This document shows, in pieces, positions 43,809 to 55,000 of a stretch of DNA of 64,000 nucleotides. A model generated the notes under the pieces. The model was given only the letters and a program-made list of their open reading frames with translations. It did no database searches and was not told the origin of the DNA. Position numbers and translations under genes: made by a program. Every line of letters begins with the position of its first letter. Within the stretch, counting starts at the first letter, position 1. Source of the stretch: a bacterium (lineage in GTDB: Bacteria; Vulcanimicrobiota; JAZDOK01); contig JAZDOK010000016.1 of assembly GCA_043798715.1 (NCBI GenBank), forward strand, positions 1,036-65,035, written 5' to 3'.

Positions 43809-45151
43809 TGATGAATTTCCGAATGCAACGTCTCCTTTATGCCGTGGTCTTCTGCGCGTTGCTCGTTTTCGCATATCTGCCGGCGCTGGCCGGAGAACCT
43901 GCTGAAATTGAGGATCGCCCGGCCTCTTCGCAGGTCGAGTCGCTTTCTCCCGGAGATATTATTCCGGAAGTTTCGGCGCAGGAGGCGGTCGAAGAATATC
44001 GCCGCGGAAGAGAGCAATTCCTCGCGGGGCGTCTTGAGGATGCTCTTTTATCTTTCCGCCGCGCGAGCGACCTTGATCCCCTTCTGAAAGAAGCCTACAT
44101 TGGGGCGGGCTGTGCCGAGGACGCGAAAGGAAATTATTCGGCTGCCACAGCTTCGTACGAGATGGCCCTGGGCCTCGATTCTAAAGATGTCTCTGCGCTT
44201 AATAACATGGGAGTCAGCCTCTTTAATTCCGGCAAGTTAGAGGAGTCCGGGAAGGCATTCCAGAAGGCTCTGGAGATCAGCCCTTCCGCCGGACTTTACA
44301 GCAACCTGGGTGTCGTCAGTCAGCGCCTCCAGAGTTGGGACGAGGCTTTCGCCTCGTATCAAAAGGCCCGGGAGTTTTCTCCGGAGGATCCGACTCCATT
44401 GTACAACATGGCTATCGGGAAAGCCGCTCAGGGACGGAGCGAGGAGGCCCTGGCTCTTGGTGCCCGACTTCTCGCAAGGGAGCCCGGGAACTCCGGCGGG
44501 CATCTGCTCCGCGGGGTTTTTCTCTTCAGACTGGGGAAAACCAGAGAGGCCCTTGATGAATTACACGAGGCCGTCCGCCTGGATCCCGACAGCTCCGAAG
44601 CCAATTACGACCTGGGGATTGCCCTTCTTTTCTCCGGAAAGAGCGATGAGGCCCAGGTCGCGTTTCAGCGGGCGGTTGAGCTTAAAACGGGTTTTCTGGA
44701 AGGGCACCTGGCTCTGGGACAGCTTTTTGGAGATGCCGGGCGCTATGAGGAGGCGCAAAACGAATACTTCGAGGCGCTCCGACTCAGCCCCGGACGGGAC
44801 GAGATTCAGATTGGCCTCGGGAACCTCCTGCTCCGACAGGGGAAATTGGGAGAAGCAGCTCAGACCTATGCCAGGGTCATCCAGATGAACCCGAAGAACG
44901 CTGTCGCTCACAACAACCTGGGTGTCCTTCTCAAGAGGCAGGAGAGGCCCGATGACGCCATTCGGGAGTTTCAGTCCGCCACGGAAGCCGATCCTGCCTA
45001 TGCAACGGCCTGGTACAACATGGGCTATTTACTGGAGGCCAAGGAGAACAGGGCCGGGGCGCTCAAGGCCTTTGAAAATGTTCTCCGGCTGGCCCCCGGG
45101 GCGGCCGAAGCCCCCGAGATACGGGTCAAGGTCCAGGAGCTGAGACAGTAA
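43805..45151 (+). CDS. secreted tetratricopeptide-repeat protein
   Basis: Signal peptide followed by about ten 34-aa TPR-like units (..A...Y..AL.L.P....A..NLG....). Confidence 0.85.
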   Translation: MMMNFRMQRLLYAVVFCALLVFAYLPALAGEPAEIEDRPASSQVESLSPGDIIPEVSAQEAVEEYRRGREQFLAGRLEDALLSFRRASDLDPLLKEAYIGAGCAEDAKGNYSAATASYEMALGLDSKDVSALNNMGVSLFNSGKLEESGKAFQKALEISPSAGLYSNLGVVSQRLQSWDEAFASYQKAREFSPEDPTPLYNMAIGKAAQGRSEEALALGARLLAREPGNSGGHLLRGVFLFRLGKTREALDELHEAVRLDPDSSEANYDLGIALLFSGKSDEAQVAFQRAVELKTGFLEGHLALGQLFGDAGRYEEAQNEYFEALRLSPGRDEIQIGLGNLLLRQGKLGEAAQTYARVIQMNPKNAVAHNNLGVLLKRQERPDDAIREFQSATEADPAYATAWYNMGYLLEAKENRAGALKAFENVLRLAPGAAEAPEIRVKVQELRQ

Positions 45152-45191
45152 CCGAAGACCATAGACTATAGACCAGGAGTTAGGAGAAGTC

Positions 45192-47237
45192 ATGAAAAAA
45201 TCATCAAACCATTTAGTCCGGGTTGTTTTTTTATTTCTGCTGATTGCTTTTACGGCGATTCAGGCGGAGGCCGCCTCATTCATTCCGCAGAGCACGGTAA
45301 AGGCGGTCAGTACCGCTCTTGTTAAAAAACACGGCGAGGTCCAGGCCGCGAGGATAGAGCGCTGCGTCCCACTCACGGCCTCCTTCTGGCGGGCGGAAGA
45401 CGGCGACGCAAAAGCCTTTGAGAATTTCTGTATGAATAATTTCACCGCCGATCCCTCGCTCTTGGAGGCGGTCTTCGGCCGCTACGAGAAGAACTTTGAA
45501 AGCATCGAGGGCCATTACCTGGCCATACACCGCGCCGTGATGTGGCCCATAGACGTGGACGAGGGGGAAATTCTGCCGGTGGACCGCCTTTTCGCCGATT
45601 ATTCTCCACATGCGCATATGGACGACGATTTTTTCAGGACGAAAATAGCCTTCATGGCGCTTCTCAATTTCCCGCAGTTCACGCTCGAAGAAAAACTCAG
45701 GCAGAGCGCTACCTGGTCGCGGGATGAGTGGGCCCGGGTCCGGCTGGGCGATATCTTTGCGGCCAGGGTTCCCGCGGCAGTGCGCCAGAGGGTAAACACG
45801 GCCTACCTTGCAGCCGATGACTACATCAACTCCTACAACATATACATGCACTCCCTTCTTGATGCGGAGGGAAGCCGCCCATTTCCCGAAGGTCTCCGCC
45901 TTATCTCCCACTGGGGGCTGCGCGATGAGCTTAAGGCTCTTTATAAAGAGCCAACCGGCCTGCCGAAGCAGAATATGATCGCCTGTGTCATGGAGCGGAT
46001 CATCCGCCAGGAGATTCCCGGCATTACCATCAATAATCCGAAGGTGGACTGGAACCCGGAAAAAAACACTGTCGCCTCAAACGGAAAGTTGATTCCGGCC
46101 GTCCGCGAGCCGGATACCCGCTACCGGCGCCTGCTCGGCGTTTTTCGGGCCGAGAGGAAACTGGATCCCTACTATCCCCAATTCCCCTCCATGATCGCCC
46201 GAAAGTTCAACCGGGAGCGGGAGATTCCGGAGAAACAGATGGAGCAGCTCCTGGTCTCCGTCCTCTCCTCGCCCACTCTGAAGGAAGTCGGGAAACTCAT
46301 AGAAAAGCGCCTGGGGCGGCCTCTTCAGCCTTTCGATATCTGGTATACCGGCTTTGACACAGGAAAGGCCTTGGATCAGAATGATTTGGACAAGATGGTC
46401 CGCGACCGGTATCCGAACGTCCAGGCCTTCCAGAAGGACCTGCCGAACATACTTATGAAGCTTGGTTTTTCCGGGGAGACGGCCGAATTTTTGAGCGGTA
46501 AAATTCAGGTGGACCCGGCCCGGGGCGCCGGCCATGCGATGGGAGCCGAGATGCGGGGGGACAAGGCTCACCTTCGGACCCGCTTCGGAAAAAACGGGAT
46601 GGACTACCAGGGCTTCAACGTGGCCTGCCACGAGCTGGGGCATTGCGTGGAGCAGACCTTTTCACTCTACCGGGTGGACCACACCCTTCTGCAGGGAGTT
46701 CCTAACACAGCTTTTACCGAGGCCTTCGCCTTCATATTCCAGTCGAAGGACATGGCGGTTCTGGGTCTGCCCCAGGAAAAAGACGCCGTGAAGGAACAAC
46801 TTGCGGTTCTCAACAACCTCTGGCTCACCTACGAGATCTCAGGCGTGGGCCTCCTGGACATGAGGATCTGGCGCTGGATGTATGCCCACCCCGGAGCGAC
46901 GCCTAAGGAGCTGAAAGAGGCGGTCCTCTCTCTGGCCAAGGGGGTCTGGAACACCTATTTTGCGCCGGTCATCGGAGTTAAGGACTCGGTGCTTCTGGCC
47001 GTGTATTCTCACATAATAGACGCCGGCCTGTACACACCGGATTACCCGCTGGGGCACATCATTCAGTTTCAGCTTGAAAGCTACCTGGCCGATAAAAACC
47101 TGGCCTCCGAGATGGAGCGCATGTGCGTTCAGGGGATGCTCACCCCCAATGCCTGGATGAAAGGGGCGGTCGGCTACGGCATCTCCTCCGAACCGCTCCT
47201 TAAGGCGGCCGAAGAGGCCCTCAAGGAGCTGAGGTAG
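45192..47237 (+). CDS. secreted putative zinc metallopeptidase (HExxH ... E gluzincin-like)
   Basis: Signal peptide (LIAFTAIQAEA) and HELGH at ..VACHELGHCVEQ.. with TEAFA about 25-30 aa downstream. Confidence 0.65.
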   Translation: MKKSSNHLVRVVFLFLLIAFTAIQAEAASFIPQSTVKAVSTALVKKHGEVQAARIERCVPLTASFWRAEDGDAKAFENFCMNNFTADPSLLEAVFGRYEKNFESIEGHYLAIHRAVMWPIDVDEGEILPVDRLFADYSPHAHMDDDFFRTKIAFMALLNFPQFTLEEKLRQSATWSRDEWARVRLGDIFAARVPAAVRQRVNTAYLAADDYINSYNIYMHSLLDAEGSRPFPEGLRLISHWGLRDELKALYKEPTGLPKQNMIACVMERIIRQEIPGITINNPKVDWNPEKNTVASNGKLIPAVREPDTRYRRLLGVFRAERKLDPYYPQFPSMIARKFNREREIPEKQMEQLLVSVLSSPTLKEVGKLIEKRLGRPLQPFDIWYTGFDTGKALDQNDLDKMVRDRYPNVQAFQKDLPNILMKLGFSGETAEFLSGKIQVDPARGAGHAMGAEMRGDKAHLRTRFGKNGMDYQGFNVACHELGHCVEQTFSLYRVDHTLLQGVPNTAFTEAFAFIFQSKDMAVLGLPQEKDAVKEQLAVLNNLWLTYEISGVGLLDMRIWRWMYAHPGATPKELKEAVLSLAKGVWNTYFAPVIGVKDSVLLAVYSHIIDAGLYTPDYPLGHIIQFQLESYLADKNLASEMERMCVQGMLTPNAWMKGAVGYGISSEPLLKAAEEALKELR

Positions 47238-47276
47238 CCGGCGGCTGCGACGCCGGGCACACAGTATGAGAATATG

Positions 47277-47308
47277 AAAAGGGAGCGAGGAAACTCGCTC
47301 CCTTTAAA
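47277..47308. terminator. bidirectional rho-independent terminator between convergent genes
   Basis: AAAA-GGGAGCGAG-GAAA-CTCGCTCCC-TTTAAATTT. Confidence 0.7.
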
Positions 47309-47335
47309 TTTACAGATAGAATATACCGCTCACTT

Positions 47336-47905
47336 TTATCCGACGTGAAAGGCGTCCTTGATGTAGTGGACGAATTCCTGCCCGAAGCGGTTGCCGGCCT
47401 TCCAGCCATCCTGGAGGCCTTCGGCGGCTCCATGGGCCAGGCCCTTCATTGAACCGACGGCGGCTCCGGCAATCGTCGGGAGCGAGGCGCCTATGGCGGC
47501 CCCGGCAGCAAAGCCTCCAACGGCTCCAATCGGTCCGGCCATGGAGGCGCCGGCCGCGGCCAGACACAGGCCCGCACTGGCGGCCAGGACCCGCTGCAGG
47601 GTGGTGGCGACTCCTTCGTAATCCTTGATAATCTTGCTTCCCGTCTGGTGACCCTGGCGGACGCCATCCACTGCGCCGTCCACCGAGCCCCGGGCTCCCC
47701 GGAAGGCCCCGGCGGCCCCGGCGGTCAGGGTTCCCATGACGTATCCACCGATTTTTTCTCCGGTGGTGGGCTTGTCTATTTTTTTAGAAATAGTGGCCCG
47801 GTCTTTTATTTCCGGCTGCTTTTCCTTTTCAACGTCCGGGAGATTTTCTTGTTTTCTGGCGTGGTCGGAAGGTATACCTCCAGAGATTCTGCTGATGTCC
47901 GTCAT
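47336..47905 (-). CDS. hypothetical Gly/Ala-rich protein (glycine-zipper segments)
   Basis: 189 aa: a charged N-terminus followed by GTLTAGAAGAF.. and ..AGPIGAVGGFAAGAAIGASLPTIAGAAVG. Confidence 0.55.
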   Translation of the reverse strand: MTDISRISGGIPSDHARKQENLPDVEKEKQPEIKDRATISKKIDKPTTGEKIGGYVMGTLTAGAAGAFRGARGSVDGAVDGVRQGHQTGSKIIKDYEGVATTLQRVLAASAGLCLAAAGASMAGPIGAVGGFAAGAAIGASLPTIAGAAVGSMKGLAHGAAEGLQDGWKAGNRFGQEFVHYIKDAFHVG

Positions 47906-48117
47906 GACATGACCTCCTTAACGAAATGCTTCCTCTAATATTCAATTATAGGAGAGGAAGGTCATCGAGTCAATTAGAGAATGTTAATAAATTGTTAACA
48001 TATTGTCTTCTTTTCCCTTCTAGAAGTTTGCCTTGTGCAATTGGCTCACCTGTGTTATAATCGCCTCCGAAACTTGAGAGATCGAGCTTCCATCTTTTTT
48101 TCCAAGGAGGTAGCTGG

Positions 48118-48702
48118 ATGAGCAATATTCTGGTTCCCAATCGCGTTTTTTTTACCAAGGGTGTCGGCGTCCATAAGGAATGCCTGACCTCTTTTGAGCT
48201 GGCCCTCAGGGATGCGGGGATTGCTCCCTACAACCTGGTGACGGTTTCCAGTATCTATCCCCCCGGCTGCAAGAGGATCTCCCGGGATGAGGGTTTGAAA
48301 CTCATGACGCCGGGTCAAATAATTTTTACGGTCATGAGCCGCAACAATACCAACGAGCCGGGCCGTGTGCTGGCTGCCTCAGTTGGCTTGGCGGTTCCGG
48401 CGGATCCTGAACAGTACGGCTACCTGTCCGAACACCACTCCTACGGCGAGACCGAAAACAAGGCCGGCGATTACGCTGAGGATCTTGCGGCCACCATGCT
48501 GGCCAACACCCTGGGAATAGAGTTCGATCCTGACACCGCCTGGGATGAGAGGGAACAGATCTTCAAGATGAGCGGCAAGATCGTCAAGAGCCAAAATATC
48601 ACGCAGTCGGCCCAGGGAAACAGTGACGGTCTCTGGACGACCGTTTTGGCGGCGGCGGTTCTAATACTGCCCAACGGGAACGGGCTGGGATTCCCGCAAT
48701 AA
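48118..48702 (+). CDS. pdaD: pyruvoyl-dependent arginine decarboxylase
   Basis: [12 protein letters not shown].....[23 protein letters not shown] matches the PdaD family, including the SS self-cleavage region. Confidence 0.88.
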   Translation: MSNILVPNRVFFTKGVGVHKECLTSFELALRDAGIAPYNLVTVSSIYPPGCKRISRDEGLKLMTPGQIIFTVMSRNNTNEPGRVLAASVGLAVPADPEQYGYLSEHHSYGETENKAGDYAEDLAATMLANTLGIEFDPDTAWDEREQIFKMSGKIVKSQNITQSAQGNSDGLWTTVLAAAVLILPNGNGLGFPQ

Positions 48703-48727
48703 GTTTTACCTTGCCGGGCCCGGCTCA

Positions 48728-49018
48728 TCAAAAGTGCTGGATCTCGGTATTCACATTAACAATTTCGACGGCGGGCTCGCTTTCTACGGAAGATATGACT
48801 TTCTGAAGGACGCTCTCCACCATGGTTTTGTCCCCGGAAACGAAAGCGACGCCCAGGACCGACTTCTGCCAGAGATCCTGCTCGGCGACTTCAGCGATGG
48901 AGACGTCGAATTTATTCAGGATCCGATCCTTTAGTTTTTTGACGATGTGCCTCTTTTCCTTGAGTGAATTTGGCCCACTGGAAAGAAAAAGCTCCATCCT
49001 CAAAATTCCGACAACCAT
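48728..49018 (-). CDS. DUF503 (YlxP-like) protein
   Basis: ..L.MELFL....SLKEKR.IVK.LKDR..NKF.VS.AEV..QD.WQ...LGVA.VS.D is the DUF503 pattern. Confidence 0.8.
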   Translation of the reverse strand: MVVGILRMELFLSSGPNSLKEKRHIVKKLKDRILNKFDVSIAEVAEQDLWQKSVLGVAFVSGDKTMVESVLQKVISSVESEPAVEIVNVNTEIQHF

Positions 49019-49686
49019 CAGCCGGAAACCCCAAGGGCTTTTCGGATCTCCTCCGGGTGCTTTTCAGCCAGGAAGGCGCAGGCGCACTCTGCTTCTTCCC
49101 TGGTTTTGCCCAGACCGAAAAAGAGGTGCAAAACTTTCTGCCCGAAGGGAGAAAGAAAGAGACTGCATCTAAAGCGGGCTTTTTCCCTTTCCGCTGAGAA
49201 GTCCGGAAGCCGCCCGGGAGGCTGAAGAACAAGAGTCAGATCTTTTACCGGGTGGAAAACAAAAAAAATCTTCTTTTCATCGAAGACAATCTCTTCGCTG
49301 TGCCCGTCAAGATAAAACTCAAGTTCAAGCTCGACCGCCTCCTCCATTTCCCGCATGTTTATAAAGTGGTATTCAAGGAGCAGGGCATCCGCTTCGGGCG
49401 GAATGAATTGCTGCCGTATGATAGATAGACCGGCTCCGGGAAAGAAGGAGCTAAGCTCCGCCAGGGATCCCGTAAGAGAAAAATTACCGACCTTTCCGGG
49501 GGGCACCTCTGTCCCATTCCGGCTCACTTTTAGATTAAAGCCCTCAAAACATTTTTCCCCTTTGAAGAACAGGCCGTCCCCCGACTGGAAGGAACCATCC
49601 TTTCTTCCGGAAAGTTTGAGGTTTACACCCTTAATAAGAAAGGGCTCGCTGTTACGGAGCCCTTTTTTAACGCCTTTAACTTTCAA
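49018..49686 (-). CDS. hypothetical protein
   Basis: 222-aa ORF (TTG start) packed tightly between efp and the DUF503 gene. No motif recognised. Confidence 0.5.
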   Translation of the reverse strand: MKVKGVKKGLRNSEPFLIKGVNLKLSGRKDGSFQSGDGLFFKGEKCFEGFNLKVSRNGTEVPPGKVGNFSLTGSLAELSSFFPGAGLSIIRQQFIPPEADALLLEYHFINMREMEEAVELELEFYLDGHSEEIVFDEKKIFFVFHPVKDLTLVLQPPGRLPDFSAEREKARFRCSLFLSPFGQKVLHLFFGLGKTREEAECACAFLAEKHPEEIRKALGVSG

Positions 49687-49688
49687 AT

Positions 49689-50246
49689 TTACATCCTTCT
49701 CAGGTAGCTTCCGCTCCGGGTGTCAATCTGCAGCACGTCGCCTATCTCGATAAAGAGCGGGGCCTGCACCACCGCGCCTGTTTCGAGGGTTGCCGGCTTG
49801 GTGCCGCCGGTGGCCGTATCGCCCTTGTACCCCGGATCCGTCTGGGTGACCTTGAGTTCCACGAAGTTGGGAAGTTCCACTCCGATGGGGAGATTTTCAT
49901 GGGTGAGGACGCTTATATTCATGCTCTCCTTGAGCCACTTGAAGCCGTCTCCTATCTGCTCGGCGGACAAGGTGAGCTGGTCGAAGTTTTTGTTGTCCAT
50001 GAAAACATAGTCCGAACCGTTGGAGTACAGATACTGCATTTCTCTTCTTTCAACGACGGCCCGCTCGATCTTCTCCCCTCCGCGGAAGGTCTTTTCGACG
50101 ACGTATCCGGTCTTGACGTTTTTAAGTTTGGTGCGCACAAAGGCGGAGCCCTTGCCCGGCTTTACGTGCTGAAAATCTACCACTGTCACCAGGTCACCAT
50201 CAACGACGATGGTGATGCCGGTCCTGAAATCATTGCTGGATATCAT
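49689..50246 (-). CDS. efp: elongation factor P
   Basis: ATG at 50246, with GGAGGAG 6 nt upstream, gives [46 protein letters not shown]. The ORF-track N-terminal extension runs into the rnpB terminator. Confidence 0.96.
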   Translation of the reverse strand: MISSNDFRTGITIVVDGDLVTVVDFQHVKPGKGSAFVRTKLKNVKTGYVVEKTFRGGEKIERAVVERREMQYLYSNGSDYVFMDNKNFDQLTLSAEQIGDGFKWLKESMNISVLTHENLPIGVELPNFVELKVTQTDPGYKGDTATGGTKPATLETGAVVQAPLFIEIGDVLQIDTRSGSYLRRM

Positions 50247-50350
50247 GCCCTCTCCTCCTGCGCGCAATAAAAGTCTTCTTTTATTCGCCCAGATTCGGTG
50301 TTTTCCTCCCCGCCCTGGGATAAAGGTGTTTTCAGGATGCAGTTCCGCTG

Positions 50351-50376
50351 AAAGAAAAGGCCCCACTTGGGGCCTT
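50351..50376 (-). terminator. rho-independent terminator of rnpB
   Basis: On the minus strand: AAGGCCCC-AAGT-GGGGCCTT followed by TTCTTT. Confidence 0.65.
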
Positions 50377-50384
50377 CACGCATT

Positions 50385-50837
50385 GATGACAGGGAAGTGG
50401 GCCTGTAAGCCGAGTTCTGTTCCCGTCCGGATTTCTCCGGAAGGACGGCGATCATCTATCTGGGATCTGCATTACTGCACACCTCGTGCGACCACACCCG
50501 AGAGACTGCCGGCGGGCAGCCGGCGCAGAATTCTTAATTATCAACCAAAAATCCTGCATTCTCTCCTATTTGGTCTTGCTCCGGATGGGGTTTGCCTAGC
50601 CGGCAGGTCGCCCTGCCGCTGGTGAGCTCTTACCTCACCGTTGCACCCTTGCTCATCGTCCGGGAAATCCCGGCCTGGTGAGCGGTCTTCATTTCTGTGG
50701 CACTTTCCCGGGGTCACCCCCGCTGGGCGTTACCCAGCACCCCGCCCTGTGGAGCTCGGACTTTCCTCAGGCGCCTCCATTCATAGTTTGCCTATCAAAC
50801 TTCCGCACCCGCGACCACCCGTCCCACTTCCCTGTCA
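50385..50837 (-). ncRNA. rnpB: RNase P RNA, bacterial type A
   Basis: The minus strand contains GAGGAAAGTCCGAGCTCCACAGGGC..GGGTAACGCCC, GGGAAAGTGCCACAGAAA, GGTAAGAGCTCACC, CCGGAGCAAGACCAAATAGG and ACAGAACTCGGCTTACAG. The P1 helix pairs GACAGGGAAGTGGG with CCCACTTCCCTGTC. Ends are accurate to about +/-5 nt. Confidence 0.9.
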
Positions 50838-50858
50838 AAGAACATCTCTTCTCCTTCT

Positions 50859-50887
50859 AATATACGCTTTATGGCTAAAAAAGTCAA
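50859..50887 (-). promoter_or_regulatory. sigma-70 promoter of rnpB
   Basis: On the minus strand: TTGACT, a 17-nt spacer, then TATATT, ending about 20 nt upstream of P1. Confidence 0.55.
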
Positions 50888-51010
50888 TTTTCGGGCTTGT
50901 TAAATTTAAAGTTTTCTCTTCTTTTAACGCTGATTTAAGTAAGTTTTTTTTCATGCGAAACCGCTCTTGCCCGGCTGAAGCTCAAGAGGTAGAATGAGGG
51001 TCAGAGGATT

Positions 51011-51892
51011 TTGATGGAAAAATTATCTCCTGTCCCGCGTGGAGCGCATCACCTGAAGGCGGACCTGTGGCTTCTCCTGGCGGCCTTTTTCTGGGGCCTG
51101 ACTTTTGTATCGGTCAAGGACGCCATGCGCTGCTCCTCGCCCCTCCTCTTTATGGGAATCCGTTTTGCGCTGGCGGCCCTCGTCCTTCTTCCCTTTTGTT
51201 TCAGGAGCCTTCGGCGTCTCGATCGGAGCGGCTGGCGGGACGGCATCCTCCTCGGAATTTTTCTCTTCGGGGGCTATGCCTTTCAAACGGCGGGGCTCGT
51301 CCATACCACCGCGACCAGGTCGGCCTTTATCACCGGGCTCACCATGATCCTGGTGCCGCCGCTCTCGGTTCTCCTGCTCGGGAAAAAGAGCGATCTGCTG
51401 CAGATCGCCGGGGTGTTTTTAGCCGTCGTCGGCCTCTATATATTTATCCGCCCGGAGGCCGGACCAATCAACCGGGGCGATTTCCTGACCCTTTTCTGCA
51501 CCCTGTGTTTCGCAATACAGATTATCCTGGTCCAGCGCGCGACCGTTCGGTATCAGCCGCTGGACATGGTAATGATTCAGCTCCTCACCACTGTGCTTCT
51601 CAGTTTCTCCCTGAGCCCCTTCCTGGAGAAGCCCTTCTTCCAATGGTCCCCTGCTCTGGGCCTGGATCTTCTCTTCACCAGTCTCCTGGCTACAGTCGCC
51701 TGTCTTATGATCCAGTTCACCTTCCAGCGAAAGACCTCCCCCACCCGGGCGGCTGTCATCTACGCCACCGAGCCCCTGTTTGCGGCCCTCTTCGGTTTCC
51801 TCTTCTTTGGAGAGTACCTTGCGTGGCCGGGTTGGCTGGGGGCCGTCCTCATCCTCTCGGGAATGGTCCTGTCGGAGCTCAGCCCCCGCTGA
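51011..51892 (+). CDS. EamA/DMT-family transporter
   Basis: 293 aa with about 10 TM segments in two EamA-like halves (..F.WG..F........P......R...A). Confidence 0.85.
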   Translation: MMEKLSPVPRGAHHLKADLWLLLAAFFWGLTFVSVKDAMRCSSPLLFMGIRFALAALVLLPFCFRSLRRLDRSGWRDGILLGIFLFGGYAFQTAGLVHTTATRSAFITGLTMILVPPLSVLLLGKKSDLLQIAGVFLAVVGLYIFIRPEAGPINRGDFLTLFCTLCFAIQIILVQRATVRYQPLDMVMIQLLTTVLLSFSLSPFLEKPFFQWSPALGLDLLFTSLLATVACLMIQFTFQRKTSPTRAAVIYATEPLFAALFGFLFFGEYLAWPGWLGAVLILSGMVLSELSPR

Positions 51893-52047
51893 AATATGCC
51901 GGGTTACCGTCAGTATGTATTGAGTCCGCCGGGAAGGATTTTAGGGGAGTCATTCAGAAAAGTATTTAAGTCCATCAGGTAATCATTGCGGCAGAAAGCC
52001 TCAACTTCTGCGCGGGCGCGGATGGCCGCGCCGGAAAGGATGAAGCC

Positions 52048-55000
52048 ATGAAGAGAACCTGCCTTGGAAATCTCCTGTTCTTCCTCTTTTTCCTGTTTCT
52101 GGCTGCGCCGGTTTTATCCCAGGATGCGGCTCAGGACCAGCCAGTCCCATCGCTTCTGGTCAGGCCGGCCGTGAACGTGAGCCCACTGGGCCCCCTCCAG
52201 TATGAGGGAGGCCTGGACGTGATGCGCTCCTCCCTGCGGACCCTCATGGGACTTTTGACCCCCGATGAGGAGAAAAAATTCATGGCGCAGTGGGCTCCCC
52301 AGTATGACTTTCCCAATGCCGAGGCCCGGGCCTATTATGAAAAACTGAACCCTCTCCTGGAAGAGCTTATAAGTCTCCGGCAGGCGATGCTTGAGGCCGC
52401 CCGGGAACACGATGCCGCTCTCCGCGAGATGGAGCTGGCCTGGCGCCTGGATGATGATGAGGGATTCCGGGAGGCGGAAGGCATAGTCCTCTCCCAGAAG
52501 GGCATCATCGTTCCCGGAGAAAAACGTGCCAGGGAGCTTTTGGCGGCCATCGAAAAGCTGGGCGATCCCCCGGATGCCTCAGAGGCCAGGAAGAATGCCC
52601 GGCGCCGCCATACGCAGGCCCGCGCAACCGCCGAGAAGGCCTGCGGGGGGGAGCCTGCCGCACCCGGCCGCGAGCTCCACGAGGGTTGGTGGATCCTGAC
52701 AGACAAGAAAGTCAGCAAGGATCAATTTGTAACATACACGGGAACGGGCGTATCCGGCACCTGCGTAGCGGACCATCCGACGGACGGCTGGACTGCGTCC
52801 TTCACTCATACCTGGTCGGCCCCGCCTTCCCGCATGCATGCGGGCTACTACTATACCCCGAATCCCCAGGCCTATACGGGGGGCAAGACGGAGAACATCG
52901 GCGAGACCGTCAAGCTCTCGGGCACGGTCCGACTCGTCAGCTGGAAGTGGAGCAGAGAAGGCCCGGGGGATGGAAGGATTGACAAGAGTGTTCCCCCAAG
53001 GGCGGACGCGGAGACACATTTCTGGGTGTCTCTTGAGGACAGTCCCACCTTAGGAATTGCCAAGTGCAAGGACGCCCGGGTGGAAACCAAGGGGAAGTCC
53101 GAGGATGAGGCGACCTGTTCCTTCGTGGCTCCTTTCGCCCCATACGGAGATTCAAAATACAAGCTCCAGATTTGGGTTCCTACATACGGGAGCGGGGGGC
53201 GTGGGTATTCCTGCGGGGTGACTTACGTCTATTCATGGGACCCCACCGGAAACACGGTGAAGCCCCTCGAAGACAAAGAGCAACCGCCAAATCCCGCCGG
53301 TGAAACCACAGCCGCCACATCTGTACCTCAGCCGGTGGATCCCGCCGAAGAAGCGCGGAAGATAAAAGAGGAGGACGAGAAGGGCAAGGCCGACCGCATA
53401 GCCGAGTCCGAGGCCAACATCAACAGAGCCAGGAAAGTCCTCTCGAATCTCGAGAATGACTTGGCCGCCGAGAGGGCCGGGAAGAATGATGCGAAGCGGA
53501 TCGGCGATATCGAGTTTGCTATCCTGGGGCAGAAGTCCGATATCCACGACGAGGAGAACCGCATCGCCTCAGTAAAAAGCGGCGAAATAGTCTCCACCCG
53601 CGGGCCTTTCGAGGAATACGCCAGCGCTCTCCTGATTGAGAGCTGCAGGAAGGAAGTCCAGGACTTTTCCCGCATCCAGCAGGAGCAGGCGGCGGCCCAG
53701 CGCCTTATCGCCATCCTGGAAAAATACTCACCGGAGGAGGCGGAAACGGCCCGGAAATTCGCGGAACGGGAGCTGGGGCCGGAACTCTACGCCTCCCGCG
53801 ACCTGGCGAAGGCGAAGAAAGCCGTGGAACAGGTGCACGCCCTGGTGGAAAACAAGCTCAAGACCGAGCAGGCCTACCGGGAGAGCCGGCAGGAATATAC
53901 CGCGCGGCACGCCGCCGTCATGGACGGTTACGTTAAAGCGGCTGAATCCATCAAGACCAACTCCGGCCGGGCCCTCATGGTCCTCTCTCTCGGCGCTGAG
54001 ATTCTCCCGGGCATGGCCATTCAGATGGCCTACGAAGCGGGGGTGGGCTTTGCCGAGGGGGCCACGCCTGCCCAGGTCGCCACCAGGGCAGGGACCAATC
54101 TTCTCATAGTGGGGGGAATAATAGGCGTGACCAAACTCGGAGGATATGTCCTGGGGAAGATGCTCGCGCCCGCCGCCGGTAAAGTAGCCGCCGAAGCCGC
54201 CGAACAGGGCGCCCCGAAAGTCGGGGAAGTATTTCAGGGAGCCAAATTCGCCGAGGAACTGGGGAACAACCAGGCGCTGGTCAAGCAGGCCGTGGAAAAG
54301 CTGGCCGGGAAGCGCCAGGCCCTGGTTGCCGCCCGGGCGGCCAAGGAAAGCCCCGAGGTCATAGCAAAACTTGAAAAGGAAGCGGACGAGCTCGTCTCCT
54401 CAATAGAGGGCAGCACCCTGGCCAAGAGAGCTCTTAAGACCGAGGTCAAGGCCGCCGAAAAGGCCGCCGAGGGGGCTGAGGCCGGCTCGGCCGAGGCTGC
54501 CAAGCTCGAACAGCTCCAGAAGACTGAAACCGCATACCTCGAACACCTCTCCGAGCTCCAGGCCAAAACGCGTTCCCGGATGGTCGAAGATCTCCAGAAA
54601 CAGGGCTACAACGTTGAAGAGGGCTGGTTCACCACCTTTCGAAACCAGTCGAGCAAGGGAATAAACAACGACCTCGACCTGGGCCTCCTGGCCGAGCTTG
54701 AGGGAAAACTCATGAAAGAGGGAAAGCCCGTCACCCTCCAGGAGTTCATGAAGGACGCCCAGAAGGCCTACGACGGGGCTTTTAAAAGCGTAACCGGCCG
54801 CTCGGCCAAGCTGGCCGATCAGAACGTGACCACCAGCGCCTTCAGCGAGGCTTACCCGCTCGAATGGCTCTCGAAGAACGAAAACCTTATCGTCGCCGCC
54901 GACCCGGCCTCCTGCGCCAAGGCCGGCCAGGCCATCGCAAACAAGGTGGAGAACGCCCTCGCCGGCCCCGATCCCTTTTTCGTCAACCTCCAGAAGGCCG

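Noticed and set aside
50209-50997. ORFs 50209-50625 (+), 50641-50997 (+) and 50678-50860 (+)
   Set aside because: They lie on the opposite strand of a region that carries every conserved block of RNase P RNA. They are not coding.
51067-51969. 300-aa alternative-frame ORF inside the EamA transporter gene
   Set aside because: It is a Pro/Arg/Gly-rich out-of-frame translation. The 51011 frame gives a regular 10-TM DMT protein.
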